Shown in pieces: positions 39,932 to 49,221 of a DNA stretch of 64,000 nt; within the stretch, counting starts at the first letter, position 1; every line of letters begins with the position of its first letter. Location of the stretch: NCBI GenBank assembly GCA_032251315.1, contig JAVVEE010000002.1, positions 13,332-77,331 on the forward strand, written 5' to 3'. Under the pieces are notes generated by a model, which had not been told where the DNA came from, did no database searches, and was given only the letters and a program-made list of their open reading frames with translations. This DNA is from Gammaproteobacteria bacterium (GTDB lineage: Bacteria > Pseudomonadota > Gammaproteobacteria > SZUA-229). Both the position numbers and the translations under genes were made by a program.

Positions 39932-40420
39932 TTAACTCAGCACCCGCGTGCCCCGGCTGATACCCAGCAAGCCCGAGCGCACCACTTCGTGGATGGTGAT
40001 GCTCGATAAAGCGTCCATGAAGGCATCCAGTTTCTCACCATTGCCGGTTATCTCGATGGTGTAGGTGGTTTCAGTGACATCGATGATTCGACCCCGAAAT
40101 ATTTCCACCAGTCGTTTCACTTCATCACGCGCTTCACGAACAGCCTCAACCTTAATCAGCATCAGTTCACGTTCGATATGCGCGTCTTCGGTGAGATCCT
40201 GCAGCTTAACCACATCAATCAGTTTATTAAGCTGCTTGCTGATCTGCTCGATCACCTCTTCCGTGCCCGAGGTGACCAGTGTCATCCGGGACAGGGTCGG
40301 ATCGTGGGTCGGGGCCACAGACAGCGATTCAATGTTGTAGGCGCGTGCCGAAAACAGCCCTGCCACTCTCGACAGGGCGCCGGACTCGTTTTCCAGTAGT
40401 ATTGAGATAATATGTCGCAT
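39932..40420 (-). CDS. ilvH: Acetolactate synthase small (regulatory) subunit
   Basis: It has an ACT domain start (MRHIISILLENESGALSRVAGLFSARAYNIESLSV) and is 162 aa long. Confidence 0.93.
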   Translation of the reverse strand: MRHIISILLENESGALSRVAGLFSARAYNIESLSVAPTHDPTLSRMTLVTSGTEEVIEQISKQLNKLIDVVKLQDLTEDAHIERELMLIKVEAVREARDEVKRLVEIFRGRIIDVTETTYTIEITGNGEKLDAFMDALSSITIHEVVRSGLLGISRGTRVLS

Positions 40421-40423
40421 GCT

Positions 40424-42118
40424 TTACACCAGTATCATTTCGTTCAGCCCGGCACCGGAAGGAATCATCGGGTAGACATTCTCTTCCTGATCGGTAATGA
40501 AATCCAGAAAGACCAGACGGTCTTTCTGGGCGATAGCTTCCTCAAGCGCGGGTACCACGTCGGCAGGTTTCTCAACCTTAATGCCGATATGACCATAACT
40601 TTCCGCCACCTTCTTGAAATCCGGCAGAGATTCAAAATATGACATGGCATAGCGCTTCTCGTAGAAGAACTCCTGCCACTGGCGCACCATGCCCATACAG
40701 CCATTATTAAGATTGATGATTTTCAGAGGCAAGCCATACTGACGACAGGTGGCCAGCTCCTGAATACACATCTGGATACTGGCCTCACCGGTGACACAGG
40801 CCACCAGATCATCGGGATGCGCCAGCTGCGCGCCGATGGCCGCAGGCAGGCCGAAGCCCATCGTGCCCAGACCGCCGGAATTAATCCAGCGGCGCGGTTC
40901 GTCAAAACCGTAATACTGCGCGGCGAACATCTGATGCTGACCCACATCGGAGGTCACGAAGGCTTCACCTTTGGTGACTTCATACAGCTTTTCGAGCACG
41001 AACTGCGGCTTGATGATTTCGCTCTCGCGGTCATACTTCAGGCAATCCTGCGAGCGCCATTCATTAATCTGCTGCCACCATTTCTCCAGTGCAGAGGCAT
41101 TGGGCGTGCGCTCGGTCTGTTCGAGGGCCTGATTGAATTCATTCAGAACCTGGACCACCTCACCCACAATCGGCACGTCCACCTTCACATTTTTTGAGAT
41201 GGAGGCGGGGTCGACATCGACGTGAATGATTTTGGCATAGGGGCAGAATTTCTCCAGATTGCCGGTCACGCGGTCATCAAAGCGGGCGCCGATGGCGATC
41301 AGCACGTCACAATTGTGCATGCCCATATTCGCTTCGTAGGTGCCATGCATCCCCAGCATACCCAGCGATTGCTTGTCGGTGGCCGGATAGGCACCCAGCC
41401 CCATCAGGGTCTGGGTGATCGGATACCCCAGTTTTCGAGTGAACTGACGCAACTGTTCAGAACCATTGCCCAGCACCACGCCGCCCCCGCTGTAGATCAT
41501 GGGACGTTCGGCGGAGAGCATGATATCAACTGCGCGTTTAATCTGTCCGGGATGACCTTTAACTGTCGGGTTATATGAGCGCATGCTGATTTCGCTCGGA
41601 TAGCTGAACTCGGTCTTCGCTGAGGTCACATCTTTGGGAATATCGATGACCACAGGACCGGGCCGGCCTGTGGTCGCCACATAAAAAGCCTGCTTGAAAA
41701 TCCGGGCAACATCCTTCACGTCTTCAATCAGAAAATTGTGCTTGACCACGGGACGGGTAATGCCGACAGAATCCACTTCCTGAAAAGCATCGTTACCAAT
41801 CAAGGCCTTAGGAACCTGCCCGGTAATCACAATCATGGGAATGGAGTCCATATAGGCGGTAGCGATACCGGTGACCGCATTAGTGGCACCGGGACCGGAA
41901 GTCACCAGTACGACGCCGGGCTTACCAGTAGAGCGGGCATAGCCATCAGCCGCATGCGTTGCACCCTGTTCATGGCGGACAAGAATATGCTTAACATCAT
42001 TCTGTTTGTAAAAAGCATCATAAATATGCAGTACTGCGCCGCCAGGATATCCGAAGACATATTCAACATCTTCGGCCTTGAGGCACTCAACAATCATTTC
42101 TGCGCCAGTTAATTCCAA
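40424..42118 (-). CDS. ilvI: Acetolactate synthase large (catalytic) subunit
   Basis: It is a ThDP enzyme (GYPGGAVLHIYDA, GLGTMGFGLPAAIGA) with an N-terminus MELTGAEMIVE like E. coli IlvI. The start codon is apparently TTG at 42118. Confidence 0.93.
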   Translation of the reverse strand: MELTGAEMIVECLKAEDVEYVFGYPGGAVLHIYDAFYKQNDVKHILVRHEQGATHAADGYARSTGKPGVVLVTSGPGATNAVTGIATAYMDSIPMIVITGQVPKALIGNDAFQEVDSVGITRPVVKHNFLIEDVKDVARIFKQAFYVATTGRPGPVVIDIPKDVTSAKTEFSYPSEISMRSYNPTVKGHPGQIKRAVDIMLSAERPMIYSGGGVVLGNGSEQLRQFTRKLGYPITQTLMGLGAYPATDKQSLGMLGMHGTYEANMGMHNCDVLIAIGARFDDRVTGNLEKFCPYAKIIHVDVDPASISKNVKVDVPIVGEVVQVLNEFNQALEQTERTPNASALEKWWQQINEWRSQDCLKYDRESEIIKPQFVLEKLYEVTKGEAFVTSDVGQHQMFAAQYYGFDEPRRWINSGGLGTMGFGLPAAIGAQLAHPDDLVACVTGEASIQMCIQELATCRQYGLPLKIINLNNGCMGMVRQWQEFFYEKRYAMSYFESLPDFKKVAESYGHIGIKVEKPADVVPALEEAIAQKDRLVFLDFITDQEENVYPMIPSGAGLNEMILV

Positions 42119-42373
42119 AATAAACCCCTAAAAACCTTTTTAAATCATATACTTTTAAACCCTACTTCTGAGGGCGCGAATTACCGATTCTAAACTGTTA
42201 CGCAATAAATTTCACGAACTTTATTACTCGTTACTTATTTACCCGAATGTTTCAATAATTTATGTTTGCTACCGCCTGAATTGTAATTCTACAAAATTCT
42301 CTGCGAAGCCAGGCTTACGGCACGAACTTTCACTAATTATGAAATATCCGGCTTAGTTTTTAAAACCCACCTG

Positions 42374-42406
42374 AAAAAAAGCCCCGGCATTACCATTACC
42401 GGGGCT
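42374..42406 (-). terminator. Rho-independent terminator
   Basis: The minus strand reads AGCCCCGG-loop-CCGGGGCT followed by T7, 28 nt after the stop codon at 42434. Confidence 0.8.
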
Positions 42407-42433
42407 CCTTGATGATGCCTCGATGTCTAAAAT

Positions 42434-43363
42434 TTAGAAATCATATGACACTTCTCCACCCGCAGCCCTGATCAGAGCGTCTCTGATGGCATTTGGCGAA
42501 GGCATGATATTCATAAAGCTGTTAGAACCCATCATGCTCAGATCAGGGAAATTCATCGCAATACGGAAACGCGCATGCAGAGCCTCTACATCGCCATTCG
42601 TAACCAGCATCTCATAAGGCAAATGAGCCGTTGAGCGAGTCTCCTTGAAATCTATCTCGTTCATAATAAATTTATCGTCCATATATTTATTACCCTTTTC
42701 CCCTGCACTCATGCCAACACCAAATAGTGTCTGTTTGGTACCCGGGATATCTATACGATAAACCTTGGTGGTACCACCGGCATGAGCTGCCAGACTTTTC
42801 TCAACTGCGGTTACAGCTGCATCATGATCGCTGTAGGAAGCCAGGTCATAAGGCTCATCGAAATATTCCATGCCAAAAGTATAGTGGTACTTCCTCAGCT
42901 CTTTTGCAGTCAGGCCCTCTTCAGGACCGTATGCTTTCACCGAACCCAAAGCTGATTTTAAAGCCGCGCTGACACTGGAGACATCGGCATCAACGTGATA
43001 AGCGGCTGCCATATATTCAGGATTAGTATAAGCAACCTGCACCTCATCACCGACTTTAGTAATAGAGACACGTTGCGCAGCGACATAACCCGCACGCTCA
43101 TGACTCGCCGCCGCTTTTTTCAAGGTCGCATTGGTTACCGCAATAATGTGTGCATTATTATAAGGTGAATATTCACCGGCAATTTCAAAACCGCTATCCT
43201 GAAGCGCTTTCTTCACGTCACCGATTTTATCGGCCACTTCACCGCCACTGCTTGAACCTAAAACAAAGGGCAACATCTTGTCCGCAGCCTGAGCTGCAAT
43301 TGATGCCACACTCAACACAACGGCAATAATGCCCACTGACCATTTCGATTGAACTGATTTCAT
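42434..43363 (-). CDS. Secreted hypothetical protein
   Basis: The 309-aa ORF has a signal peptide ending AAQA-AD and no recognised motifs. The N-terminal ~90 aa are loosely DUF302-like (weak impression only). Confidence 0.5.
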   Translation of the reverse strand: MKSVQSKWSVGIIAVVLSVASIAAQAADKMLPFVLGSSSGGEVADKIGDVKKALQDSGFEIAGEYSPYNNAHIIAVTNATLKKAAASHERAGYVAAQRVSITKVGDEVQVAYTNPEYMAAAYHVDADVSSVSAALKSALGSVKAYGPEEGLTAKELRKYHYTFGMEYFDEPYDLASYSDHDAAVTAVEKSLAAHAGGTTKVYRIDIPGTKQTLFGVGMSAGEKGNKYMDDKFIMNEIDFKETRSTAHLPYEMLVTNGDVEALHARFRIAMNFPDLSMMGSNSFMNIMPSPNAIRDALIRAAGGEVSYDF

Positions 43364-43507
43364 CTTATCTTCCTCTCCAATTTAATTTTTTATTTACTTC
43401 GGCTTTACTATCTGCCCGCAAAAAAAACGACTGCCGCTTCATACTTAAAGGTCAATTAATGTAATTCAATTACGCCGCATAATGCAAGCCCCGGTCTTAA
43501 TTGTTCT

Positions 43508-43533
43508 AAAAAAAAGGCCTTCTCTCGAAGGCC
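43508..43533 (-). terminator. Rho-independent terminator
   Basis: The minus strand reads GGCCTTC-GAGA-GAAGGCC followed by T8, about 50 nt after the FadL-like stop codon. Confidence 0.8.
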
Positions 43534-43580
43534 ATTTATAATCATATAATTATATTCTAATTATTTAAACTTCTTGGACT

Positions 43581-44918
43581 TTAATATTTCCAGGCCCAGC
43601 CTACTTGAATTTCTTTCTGCTCCATCTCTAATTCAATCTGTGTTTGACCGCCGTCAAAGGGGTTTGCGCCTTTAACCGATACGCTCGGCGAAATCATTGC
43701 GGCAAAGTTGAATTCCTGATTCTTACCGACGGGCATGGTCATACCGAAAGTGTAATGCTCTTCCATAACTCCGGGGGCAAGAATATTTAAGAACGTCTGT
43801 GATTCAGGAATAGGCTGGTCGGTAGTACTGTAACCAAAGCGATAGATGTTACCGCCGGCCTCCAGCTCATAACCCAGCTTGACGATAGTCATGTCTTCCC
43901 AGCCAAAGCCGGGACCATTGGCACCACCTAAACAACTAGGATGGATATTAGTCCCACCACCCAACGCCGGACAGCCAAAGAAGTTTTCTATTGGATTAGC
44001 AATTGAATCGACTTCAGAATAATTAATACGCTGCACATCGAAAACCAACTTGCTGGAAGCGCCAACATCATATGCGAGCCCTACAGTAGCAGTAGAGGGT
44101 ATATCTAAATTACCACCCTCAGCAAACAGACCCCTGTATTCATCAAACTCGCCCATGGAGATTCTAGACTGATAACTTACCCCTACATGCAGGTCATTGG
44201 TGATCGCGCCCTGATAGCCTACCTTAAAGCCCGCACCCATGGACGTGGAGTGCCGGTTACCTGACATATTGGCACCATCAGTCGAAAAACCGGCAAAACC
44301 ATCTATACCCTGTGCCGCAAAACGCTGCCCTGCGACAATAAGGCTGGCACCGACGGCATGATTAGCACTGCTCTTTTTGGCGAGGCTGACATTGATGAAT
44401 AGCTGCTCCAGATTAACGCCTGCGTTACCGGCATTAAATGGCATTATCGGATTTCCGAAAGTACCCGCGCCGCCCGGCGTTGCCGAAGCGGGATATTCGG
44501 TGTTCATGCCACCGTTACCATAGACAGAAATGCCGACAGCACTGTCGCTGTCCAGCTGCCAGTTATAGGCGACCTGAGGGATCAGAAAGAAGTCATTATC
44601 ACTGAATACGGGCTCACCAATCGCTGCGTTTATATTCATTCTGGCATTTGGAGTTCCCGTTACTGTGTAACTCCGATCAGAAGGGCTGAACAAGGCAACG
44701 CCGATATCCATACGCTCACCGACAAAGGCCATACCGGCCGGATTGGTGGCCGCGGCCATCGCATCCTGCGAGTAGGCTACACCGGCACCGGCCAGACCCT
44801 TCTCTTTGGTACTAAAGCCATGTGAAAAGTAACCGTTTGTTGCCTGGGCAACGGATACTGTAAATAAACTGGATACCGCTACTGCTGAGACTAGTTTAAT
44901 CTTATTTTTGACACTCAT
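43581..44918 (-). CDS. Outer-membrane transport protein, OMPP1/FadL/TodX family
   Basis: It has a signal peptide, the N-terminal hatch motif ATNGYFSHGFSTKEKGLAGAGVA...NPAGMA and a C-terminal aromatic residue (..WAWKY). Confidence 0.8.
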   Translation of the reverse strand: MSVKNKIKLVSAVAVSSLFTVSVAQATNGYFSHGFSTKEKGLAGAGVAYSQDAMAAATNPAGMAFVGERMDIGVALFSPSDRSYTVTGTPNARMNINAAIGEPVFSDNDFFLIPQVAYNWQLDSDSAVGISVYGNGGMNTEYPASATPGGAGTFGNPIMPFNAGNAGVNLEQLFINVSLAKKSSANHAVGASLIVAGQRFAAQGIDGFAGFSTDGANMSGNRHSTSMGAGFKVGYQGAITNDLHVGVSYQSRISMGEFDEYRGLFAEGGNLDIPSTATVGLAYDVGASSKLVFDVQRINYSEVDSIANPIENFFGCPALGGGTNIHPSCLGGANGPGFGWEDMTIVKLGYELEAGGNIYRFGYSTTDQPIPESQTFLNILAPGVMEEHYTFGMTMPVGKNQEFNFAAMISPSVSVKGANPFDGGQTQIELEMEQKEIQVGWAWKY

Positions 44919-45151
44919 CTTTCTACCCCTTTAGGAAAACAAAAAATCGTAATGCTCAAGCATTACGCATCAATTACTCGTTGTAAACTAACAAAAATAA
45001 ATTTACAGGATAAATTCATTAAGTAAGAATTTTCGACACATTTCGACAAAAATACCTAAACTGGCGCTTAATATACAACACTAGTAATTAAATTGCTAAG
45101 TATTTTCATGGTCTTTGGGAATTTTTTTTAAACTATAGAGTCACAGTTAGA

Positions 45152-46570
45152 ATGATTTATTTATTATCTTTATGCTACTCCAGATTCATCTATAGCCTGC
45201 TGCTAAGCATCGCACTTCTTATGAGTAATGGTATTGCTCGCGCAGAACTCCCCGAATTGGGCGACCCCTCTTTAAAAGCATTTAGCACCGCAGAAGAAAA
45301 AAAACTGGGACTGGTATTCTATCGGGCAATAAAAAACAACCTGTCATTTGTCAGCGACTCGCAGCTTAATTACTACCTAAAAAACCTGGGACAAAATCTT
45401 TCCAGCCACTCTGATGCCGCCGGCAAGGATTTTAAGTTTTTTCTTATTGACTCGCCGGCTATCAACGCCTTCGCCGGGCCCGACGCCTATATCGGCATTA
45501 ACAGTGGCCTGTTTCTGGCGTCTCAAAATGAGAGCCAACTGGCCAGCGTGATGGCTCACGAAATCGCGCATATATCACAGCGGCATCTGGCGCGCGCGAT
45601 TGATGAGTCCGGAAACTCCACTATCGCCACTTTTGCCACTGTGCTCGCCGCCATTCTTCTCGGCTCACAGGGCTCGGATGTAAGCCAGGCGATTCTTTAC
45701 TCCGGGCTTGCCGGCGCTCAGCAGAAATCCATCAACTTTACCCGCAACAATGAATACGAGGCCGATCGAATTGGCATCGGCATTCTCGCCGATACCGGTA
45801 TCAACCCCCAGGGCATGGTGGACTTCTTCTCCACCCTGCTATCTAAGGGCGGTGCCGGCGGCATTGAATACCTTAGAACACACCCGCTCAACACTAACCG
45901 GGTGAGTGAAGCCAAAGATCGCTTAAAAAAGACCCAGGCCAATCTTCCTGAAGACAGCCAGGACTTCCAGTTTGCCCGGGCTCGACTTATAGCGCTTAGC
46001 AAGACCCATTCACTAGCCAGCGACGTTAACCTCGAGGCGTACGATGATGATATCAGCGTCTATCTGCACTCTCTGGAGCTGGCCCAGGCGAACGCATTTG
46101 ATAAGGCCATCAAAAAACTGGAGGTTTTAGCGACAAAAAATAACCACCCCTGGATAAAACTTGCCCTGGCAGAGACCTATCAAGCAGATGGACAAAGCAA
46201 AAAATCCCTCTCTTTACTCGCTGAGCTTGCAGAATTGTTTCCCGGTTACCTGCCAGTGACTCTAATATATGCCCATACATTAACAGCCACTGATCAACCA
46301 CAAAAAAGCATTTCACTTTTAAAGCACCAGTTACAGACTAACGATGAGACACTCCTCTATAAGGAACTGGCCCAGGCCTATTTCAAAAACGGACAAATAA
46401 GTGCTGCGCTGGAATCAACCGGCAATCAGTATGAAAAAGAGGGCTACTATGAGCTGGCACTACAGCAATATGATATGGCTTTACAGCAACCGTCCCTGAG
46501 CATTTCTGCACAGCAGAGGCTGCAAAGCAGGAAAGAGGCGGTGAATAAAATGGTTCATCAAAAACAATAG
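45152..46570 (+). CDS. bepA: Periplasmic M48 metalloprotease with TPR domain (BepA/YfgC-like)
   Basis: The segment NESQLASVMAHEIAHISQRHLAR is almost identical to the E. coli BepA HExxH region, and the C-terminus is TPR-like. Confidence 0.85.
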   Translation: MIYLLSLCYSRFIYSLLLSIALLMSNGIARAELPELGDPSLKAFSTAEEKKLGLVFYRAIKNNLSFVSDSQLNYYLKNLGQNLSSHSDAAGKDFKFFLIDSPAINAFAGPDAYIGINSGLFLASQNESQLASVMAHEIAHISQRHLARAIDESGNSTIATFATVLAAILLGSQGSDVSQAILYSGLAGAQQKSINFTRNNEYEADRIGIGILADTGINPQGMVDFFSTLLSKGGAGGIEYLRTHPLNTNRVSEAKDRLKKTQANLPEDSQDFQFARARLIALSKTHSLASDVNLEAYDDDISVYLHSLELAQANAFDKAIKKLEVLATKNNHPWIKLALAETYQADGQSKKSLSLLAELAELFPGYLPVTLIYAHTLTATDQPQKSISLLKHQLQTNDETLLYKELAQAYFKNGQISAALESTGNQYEKEGYYELALQQYDMALQQPSLSISAQQRLQSRKEAVNKMVHQKQ

Positions 46571-46571
46571 C

Positions 46572-46666
46572 TTTATTAGAGAACTCTTATTTACTTTATA
46601 TATATAGCACCCTTATTTGCTTTATTAGAGTACCCTTACTTACTAAATTAGAGCGCGCTTATTTAC
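46572..46666 (+). repeat. Four imperfect 23-bp direct repeats (consensus tWWATTAGAGnnnnCTTATTTAC) between the bepA stop and soxX
   Basis: The units lie at 46572-46594, 46598-46620 (degenerate), 46621-46643 and 46644-46666. The last three are head-to-tail. Confidence 0.75.
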
Positions 46667-46880
46667 CCGTTTCAACGACTAATCTACCCTAAAATTATTC
46701 CGTATATAAAAAAGTTATTTAAAAGCGGTAAGCTATTGCTATATGCATTTCACGTAGTATGCTATAAATGTTTTTTAAACAGGGATAATCATTCCAACAT
46801 ATCTAGTTTCGACAACCAGAACTGGATTGAACAATTTTGATGGACAGGAAGTCCTAACAAACCTTAAAGAGGAATCGCAA

Positions 46881-47255
46881 ATGCAAGGTTATATGCATAA
46901 AATATCCACTACCGTTTCGGTAGCCACGTTAGCCGCCTGCCTTGGTATGGCAATGCCGCTTTCTGCTAATGCTGCAGATGATGCAGATATTGCTAAAGGA
47001 AAGAAACTGTCATTTGACAGAAAAAAAGGTAATTGCCTGGCTTGTCATGCTATAGAAGGCGGTGATCTCCCCGGTAATATTGGGCCACCCCTGATCGCCA
47101 TGAAATCAAGATTTCCAGATTACGAAAAGTTGAGGGCTCAGATTTATGATGCTCGCATAAATAATCCCAATACGATTATGATTCCCTTTGGTGCCCATGA
47201 AGTACTTTCCGCCAAAGAACTGGAACTGGTCACTAAATTCATCTACACACTATAA
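46881..47255 (+). CDS. soxX: Sulfur oxidation c-type cytochrome SoxX
   Basis: It has a signal peptide, a single CLACH heme motif and a position upstream of soxYZA. The ATG at 46881 has AAAGAGGAA 8 nt upstream. Confidence 0.85.
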   Translation: MQGYMHKISTTVSVATLAACLGMAMPLSANAADDADIAKGKKLSFDRKKGNCLACHAIEGGDLPGNIGPPLIAMKSRFPDYEKLRAQIYDARINNPNTIMIPFGAHEVLSAKELELVTKFIYTL

Positions 47256-47274
47256 AGTATCTTGAGGTAAAACA

Positions 47275-47745
47275 ATGAATCATCACCGTAGAATTCTCCT
47301 TAAAAGTACGCTGGCCGCCAGCGCAACAGGCATGGCTATCAGCGCAGGCCTGCTCACGCCTAAAGCCGTTTTGGCTGCCTGGAACGCTTCCGCCTTTGAA
47401 GCCAAATCCGTTGATGCCGCTTTAACCGGCGCTTTCGGCAGCACCAGCACAACAGAAAGTGACAAAATCAAGTTATCGGCACCTGATGTTGCAGAAAATG
47501 GTGCTTCTGTCACTGTTACTGTTAAGAGCAGCCTGCCCAAGACAGAATCGATCAGTATTCTGGTAGCGGAAAATGCACAGCCTTTAACAGCCTCATTCGA
47601 CCTTAGCCCCAGAACAGAAGGTGCTATTACCACTAACATTAAGATGGGTAAATCTTCTGATGTCATCGCTGTTGTTAAAGCTAATGGCAAACTGTACACC
47701 ACCAAACAACAAGTCAAAGTCACCATCGGCGGCTGCGGCGGTTAA
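47275..47745 (+). CDS. soxY: Thiosulfate oxidation carrier protein SoxY
   Basis: It has a Tat-like signal (HHRRILLK) and the diagnostic C-terminal GGCGG swinging-arm motif. Confidence 0.93.
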   Translation: MNHHRRILLKSTLAASATGMAISAGLLTPKAVLAAWNASAFEAKSVDAALTGAFGSTSTTESDKIKLSAPDVAENGASVTVTVKSSLPKTESISILVAENAQPLTASFDLSPRTEGAITTNIKMGKSSDVIAVVKANGKLYTTKQQVKVTIGGCGG

Positions 47746-47769
47746 TCAAAGATACGAGGATATAAAATA

Positions 47770-48102
47770 ATGGCTAAAACAAGTTCAACAATTCAAGTAC
47801 GTTCCAGCGTTAAAAAAGGCGTTGCCACTATCAAGTGCCTGGTCAGTCATCCTATGGAAACTGGCCTGCGCAAGGATAAAAAGGGCAACCTTATTCCCGC
47901 CAAGTTCATTCAAAATCTTACTTGTGAGCATAGTGGTGATACTGTTCTGGACGCCGAGCTCAACGGTTCTGTTTCCACCAATCCATACCTGAAGTTTGCA
48001 TTCAGTGGCGCCAACGATGGTGACACTATCAAAATAAGCTGGGTGGATAACACAGGTGAAAAAGATTCCGGCGAGTTTGAAATACCTACTAGACGCAGAT
48101 AA
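47770..48102 (+). CDS. soxZ: Thiosulfate oxidation carrier complex protein SoxZ
   Basis: The 110-aa ORF lies directly after soxY and has the SoxZ-like motif ...HPMETGLRKD..G..IPA.FI. Confidence 0.9.
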   Translation: MAKTSSTIQVRSSVKKGVATIKCLVSHPMETGLRKDKKGNLIPAKFIQNLTCEHSGDTVLDAELNGSVSTNPYLKFAFSGANDGDTIKISWVDNTGEKDSGEFEIPTRRR

Positions 48103-48136
48103 TAATAATCGGCACAACCACACAAGAAGGTGAACC

Positions 48137-48985
48137 ATGAAAAAAAACTTAACTGCATTGACTGTCTTGCTGATGATCGCCACCCCCATGGTGGCGCAGG
48201 CATCACCAGAGAGCGACCTGAAAGAGTTCCGCTCGCATTTTACTAATATGTTTCCCGAAGTACCTGTAGATGACTTCATTAACGGGGTTTATTCCGTCGA
48301 TGAAGCTTCTCGCGCACAATGGGAAAACTTCGAGGAATTTCCTCCTTATGAGATCTACATCTCCAAGGGTGAAGATTTATTCAACAAGAAATTTGCGAAT
48401 GGCAAAAGTTTTGCTAACTGCTTTCCTGACTACAGAAAGGGCGTTCGTCAGAACTATCCGAAATTCGATCAGGCATCCGGCAAAGTTGTCACACTTGAGG
48501 GCGACATTAACAAGTGCCTGACCGACAACGGCGAAAAACCATACGGATGGAAAAAAGGTAAAATCGCTTATGTTGGCGCTTACCTTGCGTACATGTCCAG
48601 AGGTAATAAGCTGGACGTGAAAATACCCAATGATGCAGCCGCAATGGCCGCTTACAATCGTGGTAAAAAACATTTCTATGCTAAACGTGGTCAATTGAAC
48701 ATGTCATGTGCAGATTGCCATTATTATAATGCCGGCAAAAGAATCCGTGCGGACATTCTCAGCCCTGCGCTGGGACATCCAACCGGCTTCCCTGTTTATC
48801 GTAATAAATGGGCAGCCTCTGGTGGCGACGGCATGGGCACCCTGCACCGTCGTTACGGCGGCTGTAACAAACAGGTACGCGCCAAGCCATTTCCGGCACA
48901 AAGTGATGAATACAAGGCCCTGGAATATTTCCATACTTACATGAGTAATGGTCTTGAGGTCAATGGACCCAGCTTACGCAAATAA
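48137..48985 (+). CDS. soxA: SoxA, monoheme type
   Basis: It has a signal peptide, one CADCH heme motif and the conserved ...RRYGGCN.. Cys-ligand region. No second CxxCH is present. Confidence 0.88.
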   Translation: MKKNLTALTVLLMIATPMVAQASPESDLKEFRSHFTNMFPEVPVDDFINGVYSVDEASRAQWENFEEFPPYEIYISKGEDLFNKKFANGKSFANCFPDYRKGVRQNYPKFDQASGKVVTLEGDINKCLTDNGEKPYGWKKGKIAYVGAYLAYMSRGNKLDVKIPNDAAAMAAYNRGKKHFYAKRGQLNMSCADCHYYNAGKRIRADILSPALGHPTGFPVYRNKWAASGGDGMGTLHRRYGGCNKQVRAKPFPAQSDEYKALEYFHTYMSNGLEVNGPSLRK

Positions 48986-49002
48986 GCAACAATCCATAGA
49001 CG

Positions 49003-49038
49003 AAAAAAAAGCCCGGTTTTTAAACCGGGCTTTTTTTG
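49003..49038 (+). terminator. Bidirectional rho-independent terminator after soxA
   Basis: The structure is A8-GCCCGGTTT..AAACCGGGC-T7. Confidence 0.85.
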
Positions 49039-49078
49039 GTTTTTTTATTCCAGAGGAAATAGGGAATAAAGATAAAGA

Positions 49079-49154
49079 TGGTGGGCCGTCCGCGATTCGA
49101 ACGCGGGACCATCGGATTAAAAGTCCGGTGCTCTACCAGCTGAGCTAACGGCCC
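49079..49154 (-). tRNA. tRNA-Lys (anticodon UUU)
   Basis: The minus strand reads GGGCCGTTAGCTCAGCTGGTAGAGCACCGGACTTTTAATCCGATGGTCCCGCGTTCGAATCGCGGACGGCCCACCA. It has a 7-bp acceptor stem, a CTTTTAA anticodon loop, GTTCGAATC in the T arm and an encoded CCA. Confidence 0.95.
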
Positions 49155-49221
49155 GAGGCGCGAATATTACATGGACTACGCAAGAAAGACAAACTCTTAA
49201 ACAGAAAAGCTTAAAAAATAA

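Noticed and set aside
46572-49154. Hypothesis that the sox cluster (or the 42.4-49.0 kb segment) is a genomic island integrated at tRNA-Lys
   Set aside because: The 3' end of the tRNA does face the sox genes, and tRNA-Lys is a known integration hotspot. However, I found no integrase, no direct repeat of the tRNA 3' end at the far boundary and no mobility genes. The apparently lower GC was only judged by eye.
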